Source: Ginglymostoma cirratum (taxonomy: Eukaryota). From it: a DNA stretch of 64,000 nt. The stretch spans positions 310,001 to 374,000 of the forward strand of contig JAHRHZ010000116.1 in assembly GCA_024137785.1 (NCBI GenBank), given 5' to 3'. Below, one piece after another: positions 39,522 through 52,685 of the stretch. The notes beneath the pieces are model-generated. The model made no database searches. It saw only the letters and a program-made list of their open reading frames with translations, and was not told where the DNA came from. Position 1 is the first letter of the stretch, and each line of letters opens with the position of its first letter. The position numbers and the translations under genes are program-made.

Positions 39522-39969
39522 ATATTCATAGCCTGCATAAAACAATTGGCAGATCAAAACAGAAAACTGTCCTACCAGTATCTCCCGTGCAGCTGTGTGT
39601 GAAACACTGCCTGTTTCGAAATTTAAAAAAAAAAACAACAAATTCTTTGTTTTGCTCAGGGCCGATACTTATCACTTATATCATTTCAACCAAATGGCTG
39701 TTTATTTGCTCAGCTGTTTTTTTTCTGAATCTCGCACTACATGTTTTCTGCTACTCTTTGACTGTACGACTGCAAAATACATAACTAACCATTTTTCTAT
39801 GCGTATTTTGCCACTTATCCGTTTCTTCTCTTTCTCCTTTTCTTCTTTCCTTCCTCCTTACCTTATTCCTTTCTTTCTTAACGAAGAATTAACTAGAATG
39901 GGTTGACACGTTGTCTCTTTCTGACCACATAGGTTACAGCCTTGATCATAAGAAGTGCATTTTGGTTAA

Positions 39970-40720
39970 TTCAGTCATAGGATGTGGGCATCTCTAGCAG
40001 GAGCAGAACCTCTTGCCCATCCCCAATTGCGCTGGAACAGGTACGTGTGAAATTCCTACTTCAAACTACCTTACTCTTAAGAGTGTAGGTATTACCACAA
40101 GGCTATAAGGGAGACGGTTCCATATATATCGACCCAGTGGCACTGCATGAGAACTGATATAATTCCAAGTCGCGATGGTATGTCGCTTGGAGGAGAACTT
40201 CAAGCTGCTAGATTCACCTTGCGTCGTCTCCTTTTTCCTGCAGGATCGTAGATATCACTGCCTGCATTTTTTTGACCGAAGTCCAGATAGTTGCAACTGA
40301 TAGAAGGTAAATAATGCTGCAACTGTGCATCGGTGATTTATGTAGAAACAGTTGAAAGTTGAAGATGGTGTGCAAATCGACCAGGCTATTTGCCTTGGAT
40401 TGTGTCAAGCTTGATGAGTCTTGTCGCAACTGCAATCATTCAAACACGTGGGACATTTTCCATCATAATCCAATTTCGTGCTTTTTTGCGTGGTTGACAG
40501 GCCATTGGGTAAGGCATATTATGTACACGTCCCAAAATGATAAACTTCTCACTTGTTGTTGTCAATGCAGATTTTATATTGCTTTTCCAATGTTGTTTCC
40601 TGTCAAAGTTGAAAACAAAGTGTGATTCATTCACAGTAATGCCAATGCACGACAGGGTGTGATGAAATCATTCAGTCTAATTAAAATCGGGCATTTCTTG
40701 CGACTTTTGCGGTACGATTA
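39970..40720 (-). mobile_element. minus-strand 3' fragment of the LINE family seen at 26.5-29.5 kb
   Basis: ggatgtgggcatc..cttgcccatccccaattgc is the reverse complement of the shared LINE/SINE tail. Confidence 0.6.
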
Positions 40721-42344
40721 TTACTAAACAGTTACTGTCATTGACCTTGAAGATCCTTTATGAGATGATGTTTCTTAAGCATCAGTGCCCAAGTAAAGAC
40801 AACAGGCCATGTTGGCATCAATATATTCAGCATTGATAAATTTAGAGTGTTAGGATTTGTAAGATTGGTAGTCTCGCTACGATTCTAAAGTTAATGCTGA
40901 CTTCAATCCTCATTAAGTATCTCCTTCAATCAACAGCAGTCGCGTGATGGGATGGATATTTTGCTCTTTCTGTCTGCAGTAGTTTATAGGTTTATGCTTG
41001 ATTCAGAAAGATATTACTTTCAATATTGATAATCAAGCTAGTTTTTTAATCAGCAAAAATGTTGAACATAGATAACTATGATGGACACATTCGTTCAACC
41101 ACTGTCAATGCTAATAAAGAATAAATCTTGTTTCACACTGTCCAGAGACTTACTTCTGGAATCAGCACGTTAAATCCAGAACAAATCTCCATCGTGCATA
41201 AGAGGCATTGAACAGCTCCAACATAAATATCCCTCTACACTATATCAATAAATGTTGCCCACGACAGGAAAGAATACGGAAGAAAATCCAGCAAGATACT
41301 TAATTATTCAGGATCATTTATCACTTAGTATCTGGAAAGAATTATGCTTTCAACTTTCAAGGAAAAAACAATTGTTATTTCATTCTCCCAAAGCACCTCA
41401 ATAATACACGTTAAGCGGTTTAATTTATACACTATTATAATATAATGATTTTGATCAATTAAGCAATCAGATCTTGAGGCTTGTCATTAACTTGCATTTT
41501 CAATATTTTTTCCTCAAACGGTCAAAGCCTCGAATCAGTTGCTCTGTCCTACATTTCTTAACTGCTTCCAAATGTTCAACACGGGATGCTGTCTCAAATT
41601 GAAAGATAAAATGTCAGTAACGCTGCATAATGCAATTACACATTCTGTTTTCATTACTATTGCGAGTTGAAATCACAGTCTTTGAATTCAGAGTCAGATT
41701 CTTGCCGGTTTTTGATGAGCTCTGTGGGGTTTTAGGAGGAGTTTTAGCAAGTGAACACTGCACTGTGATGTGGACAGTTGGCATGATTCGGCGTCAGGAC
41801 ATTTAATTTGAAAGGCAGATGTGAACAGAGTGACTTTTATTGTTACACCAGCTGGTGTAGTTATGGAGAACCATCATTCACAGCCTCTCAGCTAATTGAA
41901 TATGTGTCGACCCGCAGGTTAAATCTAGAGCTGTAATATCTTTCCATTTTTCGAGCATCCCTGTAAACTGGTGAGAAAAGGGTGACTATACATTGGGAGC
42001 TGAATGAATGTTTCAGATTGCTGATGTGGGACTGCACTCAGCTGTGTGGAATTTGTAGCGTGAACATTTTCCACAATCCTCAGCAGTACAGAAGGGAGAA
42101 AAAATGAATTGAAATCGATGCGGGGTAAGTATCAGTCATTGATTGTCGCTGAGGAAGAGAACGTGGCTGTTGGAGTGAGTTTTTGCAAACACTCTGTCGA
42201 AAACCAGCGGGGAAATGGAGAACAATGAAGGCATGCACGGTGAAAGAGTCAACTGGAATTCCTGTCAGATGGAAGAACAAAACATTTTCACGGTAGGCAT
42301 TCCTCGAACATACGTGGCAGTCAATTAAATAAAATGTAGGAGCA

Positions 42345-45300
42345 ATTTACTGCAGATGCTTGAACCTGTACTGAAAACAACAACTTCTGGATGCCACAGA
42401 GGGTCAGACAGCATCCATGGAGATCGAGCAAACTCACGTTTCTAGCCGATATGGGTCTTCTTCAGGGCTGAAGTGAAGTGTGAAGAGGATATCTAAATTA
42501 TCGTTTGTAGGGGTGTGGTGTTAGTGCGTCTAGTGTGCTGGTGGAGAAAAGATGCTGATATTTCAGATTAAGTGATCGGAATTTGAGAATGGCATAACAA
42601 TAATGTGTCTCCTGTCAGATTTGAAAGAACCGTTGTTGGGGTTGGGGGAGAGGAGGACATGATAACAAACTAAAAGGAAAAGAAGAAATGGTTCACAAGT
42701 TAAAGGTGTTGAACTCAATATGCTCCGCAAAATGTTGTAAAGTGTGTAGTTTGAAGATGAAATGTTGCTCTTTCAGTTTATTCTGTGATTCACTGGAACA
42801 CGAGGACATGCTGAGGACAAACATGTCGAATTTCCAGCAGGACAATTTAAAGGACCGGCTGCAGGAAGTTCTTGGCCGGGGTCAACTCATGTTTCACCCT
42901 TCGTGTTTCAAATCCACCCAAGATGACAAATATCTTCAGGACATACAATGTTCCTTGGACCCCTATTCCCGCCAAATCCGGTGATCCATTATCATCGTCA
43001 TGCAGCGGTGTCTTTACATACTCGAACGCACGCTGCAGCAACCTCGACTGACCATCACTCAAACCTGCGCAATTCCCCAGTTTCACCTCATACTTCGCCT
43101 CAACTGAAACGTTCTGCTCATTTTTACAGACATTAAGATGTGCAACCTCAAGCAACTTATGGACTGTAACATCAGTCCTGCGGACCTCTCCTTACGAACT
43201 ATGCGGTAAATGGAAAAGCCCTGGGGAAAATTGATGCACAGAGAGATCTGGTTGTTCTGGTCCATTGTACCCTGAAGGTGGCAATGCAGGTCGATAGAGT
43301 CGTCAATAAGGAATACGGCATGCTTTCATTCATTGGACGGGGTATTGACTACAAGAGTTGGCAGGTCATGTTACAGTTGTATAGGACTTTGGTTCGACCA
43401 CATTTGGAATACTGCATACAGTTCTGTTCGTCACATTATTAAAAGGATGTGGATGTTTTGGAGAGGGTGCAGAGGAGGTTCACCAGGATGTTGCCTGGTA
43501 AGGAGAGCGCTAGCTACGAAGAGAGGTTGAGTCGAATAGGATTACATACATTAGAAAGACGGAGGTTGAGGGGGACCTGATTGAGGCCTACAAAATCATG
43601 AGATGTATAGCCAGGGTGAATAGCAAGAAGTTTTTTCCCAGAGTTGGAGACTTAATTACTAGGGGTCACGATTTCAACGTGAGAGGGAAAAAGTTTAAGG
43701 GAGATATGCGTGGATAGTTATTTACGCAGAGAGTGGTGGGTGCCTGGAACGCGTTGCCAGCGGACGTGGTAGTGGCGGGCACGATAGCATCATTTAAGAT
43801 GTATCTAGACAGATACATTAATGGGTAGGGAGCAGAGGGATACACATACTTGGAAAATAGGCAACAGGTTTAGATAGAGGATCTGGATCAGCGTAGGCTT
43901 GGACGGCCGAAGGGCCTGTTCCTGTGTTGTAATTTTCTTTGTTCTCTCTTTGTTCTTTGTTACCACCCACCTTACCAGCCCTCAAATTCCATCACTTTTT
44001 CTGAGCCCCTGTGTCCACTATTCCAAATCCTGCCTTGTGTTCACGAATGCTCCTGACCTTCCCGTCACTGATGCTGAATATACAGTCGTCGGCAAATGAC
44101 TCAACTTCATACCTTTATGCCCCAACGTTAATGAATTTTGGGCTCATCATAATTTTAAACATTTTTTTCCCGCTGCCTCTGTCTCCGTGCTCACTTTATC
44201 AGGCGGGAATGTCGCCCTTGTCCAACTGACCCCTTCACTTGACTCCAGTATTCTCCCTTCAGCTGGACCTCTTCCCCTGGCCTCTTAAATACTCTCGAGC
44301 TCTTCAATAAAATCTACCAACATGACATTCGCCGTTTCAATTTCTCTGCTCCTTTCACCAACTCTAACCTGTCCCCATCTAAACTAGCCACACTTTGCAC
44401 CCTTAGGTTCAACCCTAATTTTGTTATCAAACCAGTCAACAAAGATGGTACTGTTGTAGCCCGGCGCACTGATCTTTATCTTGCGAAGTCTCCACTCCAG
44501 CTGCTAGGCACTTCTTCCTATCACCCCCTTGACGATGCACTTATATCCGAACATCAAGCTATTGTTGCCTGGACGATCATCGAACTCATTACCTCTGGAT
44601 GTCTGCCTCCCAACCCCCACTGCCTCAAAATTAGTCTTCTTCCCACCTTCGACCAACTGGTTCTACCCTCTTCTCAAAATCCAGCGGTCGGCCCACTTTA
44701 TCAGTCTGTTCCTGCCCCGTTTATCTCATTTCCTCCTACCTTGACTCCATACTCTCTCTACTAATCAACATCCTCTTCACCTTCATCCGTGATTCGTCGG
44801 ATGCCCTCCAGCATATTGACAGTTTGCAGTTTACAGGTTCAACAACCTCCTGTTCACCATGGATGACCAATCCCTCTGTATCTTCGTTCCCCATCAGGAT
44901 GGTCTGAGAGCTCAAGGCTGCTTCATCCAACAGAGGTCTGAATTGTTCACATCCACGACAACTCTCATCCTCTGGACTGATCCCGTTCTCTCACTGAACA
45001 ATTTCTTCTTTGATTCATCTCACTTCGGCCAAATCAGAGGAGTGGCTATGGGCAGATACATGGGTTCCAATTATGTGTGCGTCCTTATCGGTTATATGGA
45101 ACGATCCTTGATTCAGTCTGACACTGTCTCCGCGCCACAACTGTCTTTTTTTTCTATACATCGACGACTGCTTTAGTGTTGTTTTACGCTACTTCCAGAA
45201 TGTTGAAAACGTTATTAATTTTGCTGCCAATTTCCAACCTCTATAACTTGCTGTTCATCAATTTGCGAGAGATTCCTTTCTTTTTTTGATCTGTCTCCAT

Positions 45301-46540
45301 TTCAGTGTATAAGCTGTCCACAGCAAGCCACTACAAAACCACTGACTCACATAACTATCCTCACTGCAGCTCCGCACACCCCACGACTTGCAAGAACTGT
45401 ATCCCATTCTCCCAGTTCCATCACATATGTCACATCTTTTCAGATTATGACACCTTACTAAACAACATTGCTGACTTGGCTTCTTTCTTCCATGACCACG
45501 ATTTCCTACCCAATGTGTTTGGCAGTGCTCTCAAATGCATCTGACCTATCGCTTGTGCATCCACCTTTTCCCCTTCCTTTCAGTCAAAATTGCATGATCT
45601 GTTCCCCTTGTTTTCACTTTGCAACCCACCAGCCTTCACATTCAAAGGGCCATTCTTCGCCATTTAAGACGAATGCAGCAGACCACCACCATCAAAAACA
45701 TCTTCACCTCCTACCTCCTGTCTGCATTTTACAGGGATCCTTCCGTCTGGGGCACCCTGGTTCATTCCACAACAACCAACTTCACCTCTCCGCAGAACAC
45801 TCCCATGTAACCGCAGAAGTTGCAACACCTGCTCCTTCACTTCCTCGCTGCTGACCACACAAGGACCTAAACGTTCTTCCCATGTGAAGTAGTATGTCGC
45901 TTCTACCTCCCACATTCTTATTTATTGTATTCGCTGGGTACACTGTGGCACACTGTACATTGGAGAAGCCACCACAGACTGGTTGACGGCTTTGGAGAAC
46001 ACCTCCAGTCTGTGTGCAAAAATAAATTCGACCTTTGTGTAGCCGTTTATTTTAACATAGTGTCCTGCTTACATGCCTATATGTTTGTCCTCAGCATGCC
46101 TCAGTGTTCCAGTAAATCACAGCGCAAACTGGAGGAACAAGATCTCATCTTCAAATTAGGCACTTTACAGCCTTCTGCACATCAGATTGAGTTCACCGCC
46201 TTTAAATAGTATGCCATTTCTTCTTTTTTTCAGTTTGTTATCATGTCCTCCCCACCACCCCATCCTAATTACTGTCCTTTCAAATCTGGCAGGGGACACA
46301 CCATTGTTCTGCCATTCTCACAATCTGATAATTTAATCTGCACTATTAACATATTTTCTTCACCAGCACCCGACACTCACTACCCTGACAATCTGCCCCC
46401 ACGCAGAATCGTCACTTAAATGCTCTCCTCTCTACATTTCACTTCAGCTCTGATGAAGGGTCATCTAAACTCAGTTCGGTGGTTAGCTCTCTCTCCGTGG
46501 ATGTTGTCTGACCGCTGTTATCTACAGTATTTGTTGGGGG
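42345..46540 (+). mobile_element. near full-length Penelope-like retroelement (RT plus GIY-YIG) with inverted pseudo-LTRs, interrupted by CR1
   Basis: MDDQSL...PHQDGLRA; LSLNNF.FDSSHF.QIRGVAMG..MG..Y; YKTTDSH.Y....HP..CK..IPFSQF; GIY-YIG with EHL.SV and RKLEEQ.LIF.LGTLQP. Segment 42345-42870 is the inverted copy of about 46040-46540. Frameshifted. Confidence 0.92.
43198..43960 (+). mobile_element. relatively well-preserved 5'-truncated CR1 LINE nested in the Penelope element
   Basis: RT C-terminus relics (RDL; LYRTLVRPHLEYC.QF), CR1 3' UTR ggacggccgaagggcctgttcctgtg and a (TTCTTTG)-like tail. Confidence 0.9.
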
Positions 46541-47329
46541 CTGTGCACTTACATCGTCTGTAGTATTAGCAGTATTATTTATTTCCAAGAGGATAACTGC
46601 AAGGCTCGCATTGAGCAAATTCATAGAATTCTATAGCATGGAAGCCGGCCATTTGGTCCAACCAGGCCATGCTGAACATAATCCCAATTTAACCCAGTCC
46701 CATCTGCCTGTTTGGCCTATTTGCATGCTGTAGAATTCTATGACTTGGGCCATTCCGAGCCATGCAGTTATCCTGGGCCATATCCCTCCAAACCTTTTCT
46801 ATTCACATAATTATTCAAATGTCTTTTCAACTCTGTAACGTAAACACTTTCATTGGAAGTTCATCCGATGGGTGCCAGAGAAATTTGCGGAAACCGAGTC
46901 CAATTATGATATAAAATTTCGCAGAACAACAGTTTTTGGGAGAAACCTTTGAGGTCACATTTGAGAGGTACGTGCTCGAAATTTCAATTTAGGGAATTTT
47001 TTTTAAAAGAGGCATGAATCAAAATATACACTGTGAGAAAAGTTGTCCACTTCTCTCAAATCGGGACAGTATTTGCTTCAAGCTAAAATTAAGAGTTAAA
47101 GTAAGGGTTAGGGGTTAATACAAATCAAGTAAATTGAAGATAATTTAAATGAAGTGAGGTAAATCGAAGTTAAGTTAGATGCAGAAATAATTAAATATTG
47201 CAAGAAATGTATGCTTTATGTTAAATGTTACACTGTAAGACTTAAAACGCAGAAGTCTTTGTTTAATTAAAGTTTGAGTCAGTTTCCTGCATTTAATATG
47301 CCTCACAAGGAAAAATTGCCTGGGCGTAA

Positions 47330-48010
47330 TGTTTATGTACTGCACTCCGGCAGATATGTCCTTCTTCAGTCGGAATACCGATGCAAAGTATTCATTAAGT
47401 ACTGTACCCGCTTCCTGCGGTTTTAGGAATTAGTTCCCTCTTTTATCTAAAGTGTGCTTTCCCTAGCTGACCTCTTGTTCCTTATGTATGTATAAAACGC
47501 CTTTAAATTTTCCTTAATTCAGTTTTCCAAAGATATTTTCTGTCCCATTCCAGTCCACCAATGTCCTTGTTGAGTTTTTTTCCCTTGCATTCTTGTATTC
47601 TTCGAGGGAAGTGTCCGTTTTCACCTCCTTAACAATAATGAATGGTTCCATTTTCTTTCCAACGAAGTTCTCAATTTCACATTCTTCCCATTCTTGTATT
47701 TCATTTTCATAGGAACATCCTTATCACATCAACGTGCTATTAAAATAATGCCACATGCCAGACATGAATATAGCTTCAAATAGCTGTTGTCAACTTACAT
47801 TCACCAGGTTCCTGCTTATATTGTGTTAGGTAGATTTCGCACAAATTGTCGCTTTCACCCGAAGACGACTCTTCTCCTTATCCATACATAAGGTGAAAAG
47901 TACAGTAATATGGTCACTTTTCCCGAAATGCTCCCCCATGAAACTTCGATTCCTTGTACGCGCTCAATCCCCAAAACTACGTCTAATCAATCTTCTTCCA
48001 TTGTTGGACT
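47330..48010 (-). mobile_element. degraded CR1 internal fragment
   Basis: Reverse complement resembles the EN-RT linker of the CR1 at 32.3-33.1 kb. Confidence 0.55.
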
Positions 48011-50194
48011 ATTTACATATTTTACCAAAATAACAACTGTCTTTGACACTTCCAACAATGTACATAATGTGTCAACAAGTATTTTGAAAGTCAATATGTG
48101 ACTTTGTTCCAACAGTAACTCCCCACATACATCATTTCATGTCTGTTGGTGGTAAGTCGGCAGTCTTCTCAAGCTTATGAGTCATTCCTGAAGTAGAAAA
48201 CATTTGCCTGTTTTTTTTACTTAGTTCAGAGAATGCGGGAATCAGTACCCACAGCTAACTGCCCAAAGTAGTTACGAATTGACCACATTGCTGTTGACGG
48301 GAGTTATGTTTAGTCTAGATGAGCTAAGGACAGCAATTTCCTTCCCAAAAAGGATTTTAGTAAAACATTTCTGAGCAACATTCCCGTCTGAAACGTCACC
48401 TTTCCTATTCCTCTGATGCTGCCTGGTCTGCTGTGTTCCTCCAGCTCCACACAGTATTCACTATCTCTGTCATTCGTGAACTAGTTAATTTTCTTCTCCC
48501 CTGACAATCGGCAATTGTTTCGTAGTCATTATTAAATTGACAATTACAGATTTTTATTTTCACACTGTGAGACTCGAACCATCCTCAGACCATTACTCTG
48601 TTTCTTTTGATAGGACGTGTAGCTGAATTATCGCTCGGCCACCACCACGACAGAGTGACACTAACTAATACAGCCATGGAAATTCGGCTATTTTTTCTTC
48701 ACTGAACTGTAACTAAACTGAATATTTTAACCTTGTTAATCCTCCGAGGTTTCTCACGGTGAATGAATATAGCATGAATTAATACTGTAAACGAGTTATA
48801 TTTTATTGCATTGGAATTTGTTTAGATTCTCAAAGAAGATGCATGGCCCAATGAATGGACATTTTTCCCATTTTCTATTCCATTCGTTTTCTTATTGCTG
48901 CTCTTGGCAAGTAAAGGATTACATTGAAGTTGTTTCTTCTTACCACATCTCGAGACATTTTGTACGTTTCATTTTCAAGTTTTTAATTTTTTTTTTCTAT
49001 TACTCGGTATTGCCTAATTGTGTTGAACTTAACAATGGAACGTTCCAAGATGTTATCCAATTTATGTTTTGTGCATTTGAAAACTATGTAATGTTTGAAT
49101 TTCTAAAATATCGATGATACCGTATTGCATTGCATGCATATTAATTTGTCAAGTATGAAAATACACAAATTAGGAGCAGAAGGGCGTCAAATCGACCCTG
49201 TGCTTGCTCCACACTTCTATAAGATTAAAATATCATAGCTGTAATCCCTACTATTTGTTCACTCGAAACCTAAATAGCATTTCGCTCCTTAATTTACGAA
49301 GAATCTAAAGATATCTACTGAAATACTCGAATACTCCAACTCCCCACATGTTATGGAATAAGAAACCCAAAGCAAAGACTTTATGCAAGTGAGAAATAAA
49401 GGCTTCATCTTTGTTTTGAGTGGGTCATACCATACTTATAACAGTGACAATTAGTAATAGACTATTCCACAAGAGAAACATGTTTTCCACGAACAATCTG
49501 TCAATGCAACATATATACGCAAGTTGCTAAATATTCTTCAAACAAAGAGCCTATACAGTTCCACCTGGCCTCAAAAAGAAAGACATCTATGTCAGGTGTT
49601 AATCTAGTAAACATTCACTGAACTGCTTCCAGCCTATTAATATCATTAATTAAATAAGACGTTCTTGAAAAAAAAAATAACTGTATTCGGTAGTTCAGAT
49701 ACATTATCACCAGTAACACGTGGAATGGAATTTGATATCCCCAATTTTGCATTCGATTATCACTCATTTAGCCTTATATTTGCCCTTTGTGGCCTCCTCT
49801 GAACTCTTCACAACTTAGGTTTGCACCAATTATTGTGGCACAACATCATCAATGACCCATATATATATATCTATTTTTTGTTTCCTGTGGGTCAACCAAT
49901 GTTCTACCCATGCATTGAATCTTTCCAGTACATCCCTAGATTTTATTTCCCACTCTAAAATTTACTGTGGTGCATTATTCAATGCATTCTGAAAATCTAA
50001 GTGCCCCACGTAACTGGTTCATACTGACACATTGTACTTACTGCAATAATTCCAATAGATTGGTTAGATCTCATTAGCTTTTGACAAGATCAAAATTGAA
50101 TCGAATTGATTCCTTTGAAGATTCCCAAGTGACTTCAAATGGCATTTTTAATTTAACAAAAACTTCTAATATTTCTCCAATAGCAGTTTATCAG

Positions 50195-50515
50195 CGGTAC
50201 AGTGGTTTAGTGGTTCACACTGCTGCCTCACCACGCTAGGAACCTGTGTGTAGCAAGCACGTTCTCCGTGTTTCTGCATGCTTTTCTCCCACATGGTCTG
50301 GTTTCCTCCCACACTCCAAAGATGTCCAAGTTAGATGGATTGGCCATGTTACAGTACCCATCGTGTCCACTGATATGGCAGTTAGGTGCATTAGCCACGG
50401 GAAATGCAGGGTTACAGGGACAGGGCAGGGGACTGGGTTTGGGTGGGTGCTCTTCAGAGTGTCATTTTGAAAGTGTTGGGGCAATTGGCTTGTTTCCTCA
50501 CTCTGAGGATTCTCG
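50195..50515 (+). mobile_element. HE1/V-SINE-type SINE
   Basis: gcggtacagtggtttagtggttcacactgctgcctcac...ggtttcctcccacactccaaagatgtccaagttagatggattggccatg. Confidence 0.82.
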
Positions 50516-52079
50516 GAGCTAACTGGTGTATAATTTATGTTTTATTTTTTCTGTCTACCTGTATTTTTGCATAAATAAATTGCATTCTGGACCTTCCAGT
50601 ATAACTGATCTTCCCCTGAATATAGGGTTCTTTGGAAAATTAGAAGAACTATCAACTGCAAAACGCATCTTTTAAGAACCAAGGATGAATTCCACCATAA
50701 CTTCAGGAATTTTTACACAGCTACTCTAAAAATGTGATCATTTCCACGTCAGTGCTGATTGTGAAATTCCTGACTTCCTCCCTCCCTTTTATTTCCGATT
50801 TATACCTGTTTCTGAGCCGTTCTATGTACTTCCTACAGTGAATTCTAACGCAAAATAGTTATCCATATTTTCCACAAACTCCTTATTTTATATTATAGCG
50901 TCTCCGCATTCACTTTATAAAGGAAAATATGCCACTTCATGCAGTCTTTATTCCTTTTTTAAGTGTAGAAATTCTTATTATCTGTGTTCAATGTTCTTAC
51001 TCGTTTTCTGTCACACTTGTTCATCTTACCTGATGATTTTTGCGTCATTATTTTGTGTTCTTGATATTTTGTCAAACATTCTGATCTTCCACGTCATTTT
51101 CTGTCTTCTTCAAGTTTTATTCCATCCTCTTTTCTAACAATATCACACTGATAGTGTTTAAAAATGGAAGGTAACAACTCCAGATTCTCATGCCAACTGG
51201 TGAATGCGTTTTCTATTTTAGCAACCCCCAATTGTTTGCCATCACAGACGGGGCTTAAACACACAATTTGTAACTTACAAGGCTAATAATACTTTCCTGT
51301 CTGCCCCCACATGCAGTTAAATAAGTTTAGCTTTTGGTTCTAAGAAAGTAACATACAATCTTATGTTTTCTTGTTAACTGGGAACATAGCATACCATAGT
51401 GTCACAAAACATATTTGTTACACTGAGATTGTTACAGTTCCTGAAACAGAATTACTTAACTGCAAGCATCATACAAATTCCGAAATAAAAATATGTGCAG
51501 TATTCAGTGATTGTCTGCATTTACAAGTCCGACTTTCCAATGTGCAATGGTTGCAGTATTGTGAGTTCCCATCGAGAAGGTGCCATTGCTAATGACATCT
51601 TTCGAATCGATTATGTGAATATCGATTGAAGGTGCTTTTTTCAGTCTTGAGCTTGTTTTACTTGCAGGTTTGTGTTTTATTTTTCGGATATTCCCGTAGT
51701 TTAAATCATGAATCAGATTCTATGCTCAACTGAAATGTTAACATTGGTTGCTTATCTCCAATTTATAGTTCAGAAGGTGAAGTTGTACCCAACTCTTCCA
51801 TTAATGCTGTCCATAATATGGGTTTTACTCTGAGACAGTTTACCAAATGTATCGATACCAAAGAAAATAACCAGGTTTCAAGGAAGACTTCCAAACATTT
51901 CAAGAAAGAGGTACATTGTAAATATTCTTTAAAAGAACTTTGACATAGAGTTCCTGAGGTAGGGAACTTTATTGACCAGGTGTTTGACAGCTAACAGCGT
52001 ACCATCAGCAATGGAGAGTTAATGTTATGACTGCACAAGTGGGCCTAATTGAAAGGAAGATGAATCCTGAGACTGTTCT

Positions 52080-52685
52080 CAGTGTTGGCATAGGTGATGA
52101 GAGCACGGTGGCTCGGTTGGAGCTGAACATAACTTTAGTTCTTCCAGAGTTGGAGCATTTCTTTATAGTTCTCGTAACTACACCAAATGACCATTATGAT
52201 TGCACTGGATGGGGTACAAGACAGATTCACCAGAATGTGTCCTGGGATGGAACATTTCAGCTATGACGAGAGGGTGGCTAATCGCGTTGTTTCATCTCCC
52301 TGAGAGCAGAAAAGTTGAGGGGCTATCTACACAGATATATCAGATCATCCGCAGAATCTACAGAATGATAAGAAAGCAGACGTTTCTCTTAATCGAAGGG
52401 CCATAATTTTAAAAAGTGAGTCGAGAAGTTTAGACATGAGTTGAAGACTTTTTTTTTGGCCAGATGATTGTGCACTTCTGAAATGCACTGCCGGAGTGAA
52501 TGTGATGGTAGCTGAGGCGGGATAACAAGAAATCTCTGAAACGTATATCAGTTGAAATCGCGAAGTGTCATACCAGGTAAATATTTTGACTCATGGAGGG
52601 AAATGGGATAAGTGTAAGTGGTAGTATATTTTGGTGACACAAACTTGAAGAGCTGAAGGTCCTCTAAAAGACTGCATGACTCAAC
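52080..52685 (+). mobile_element. degraded CR1 3' fragment in the pseudogene intron
   Basis: Similar to 43370-43930. Confidence 0.65.
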
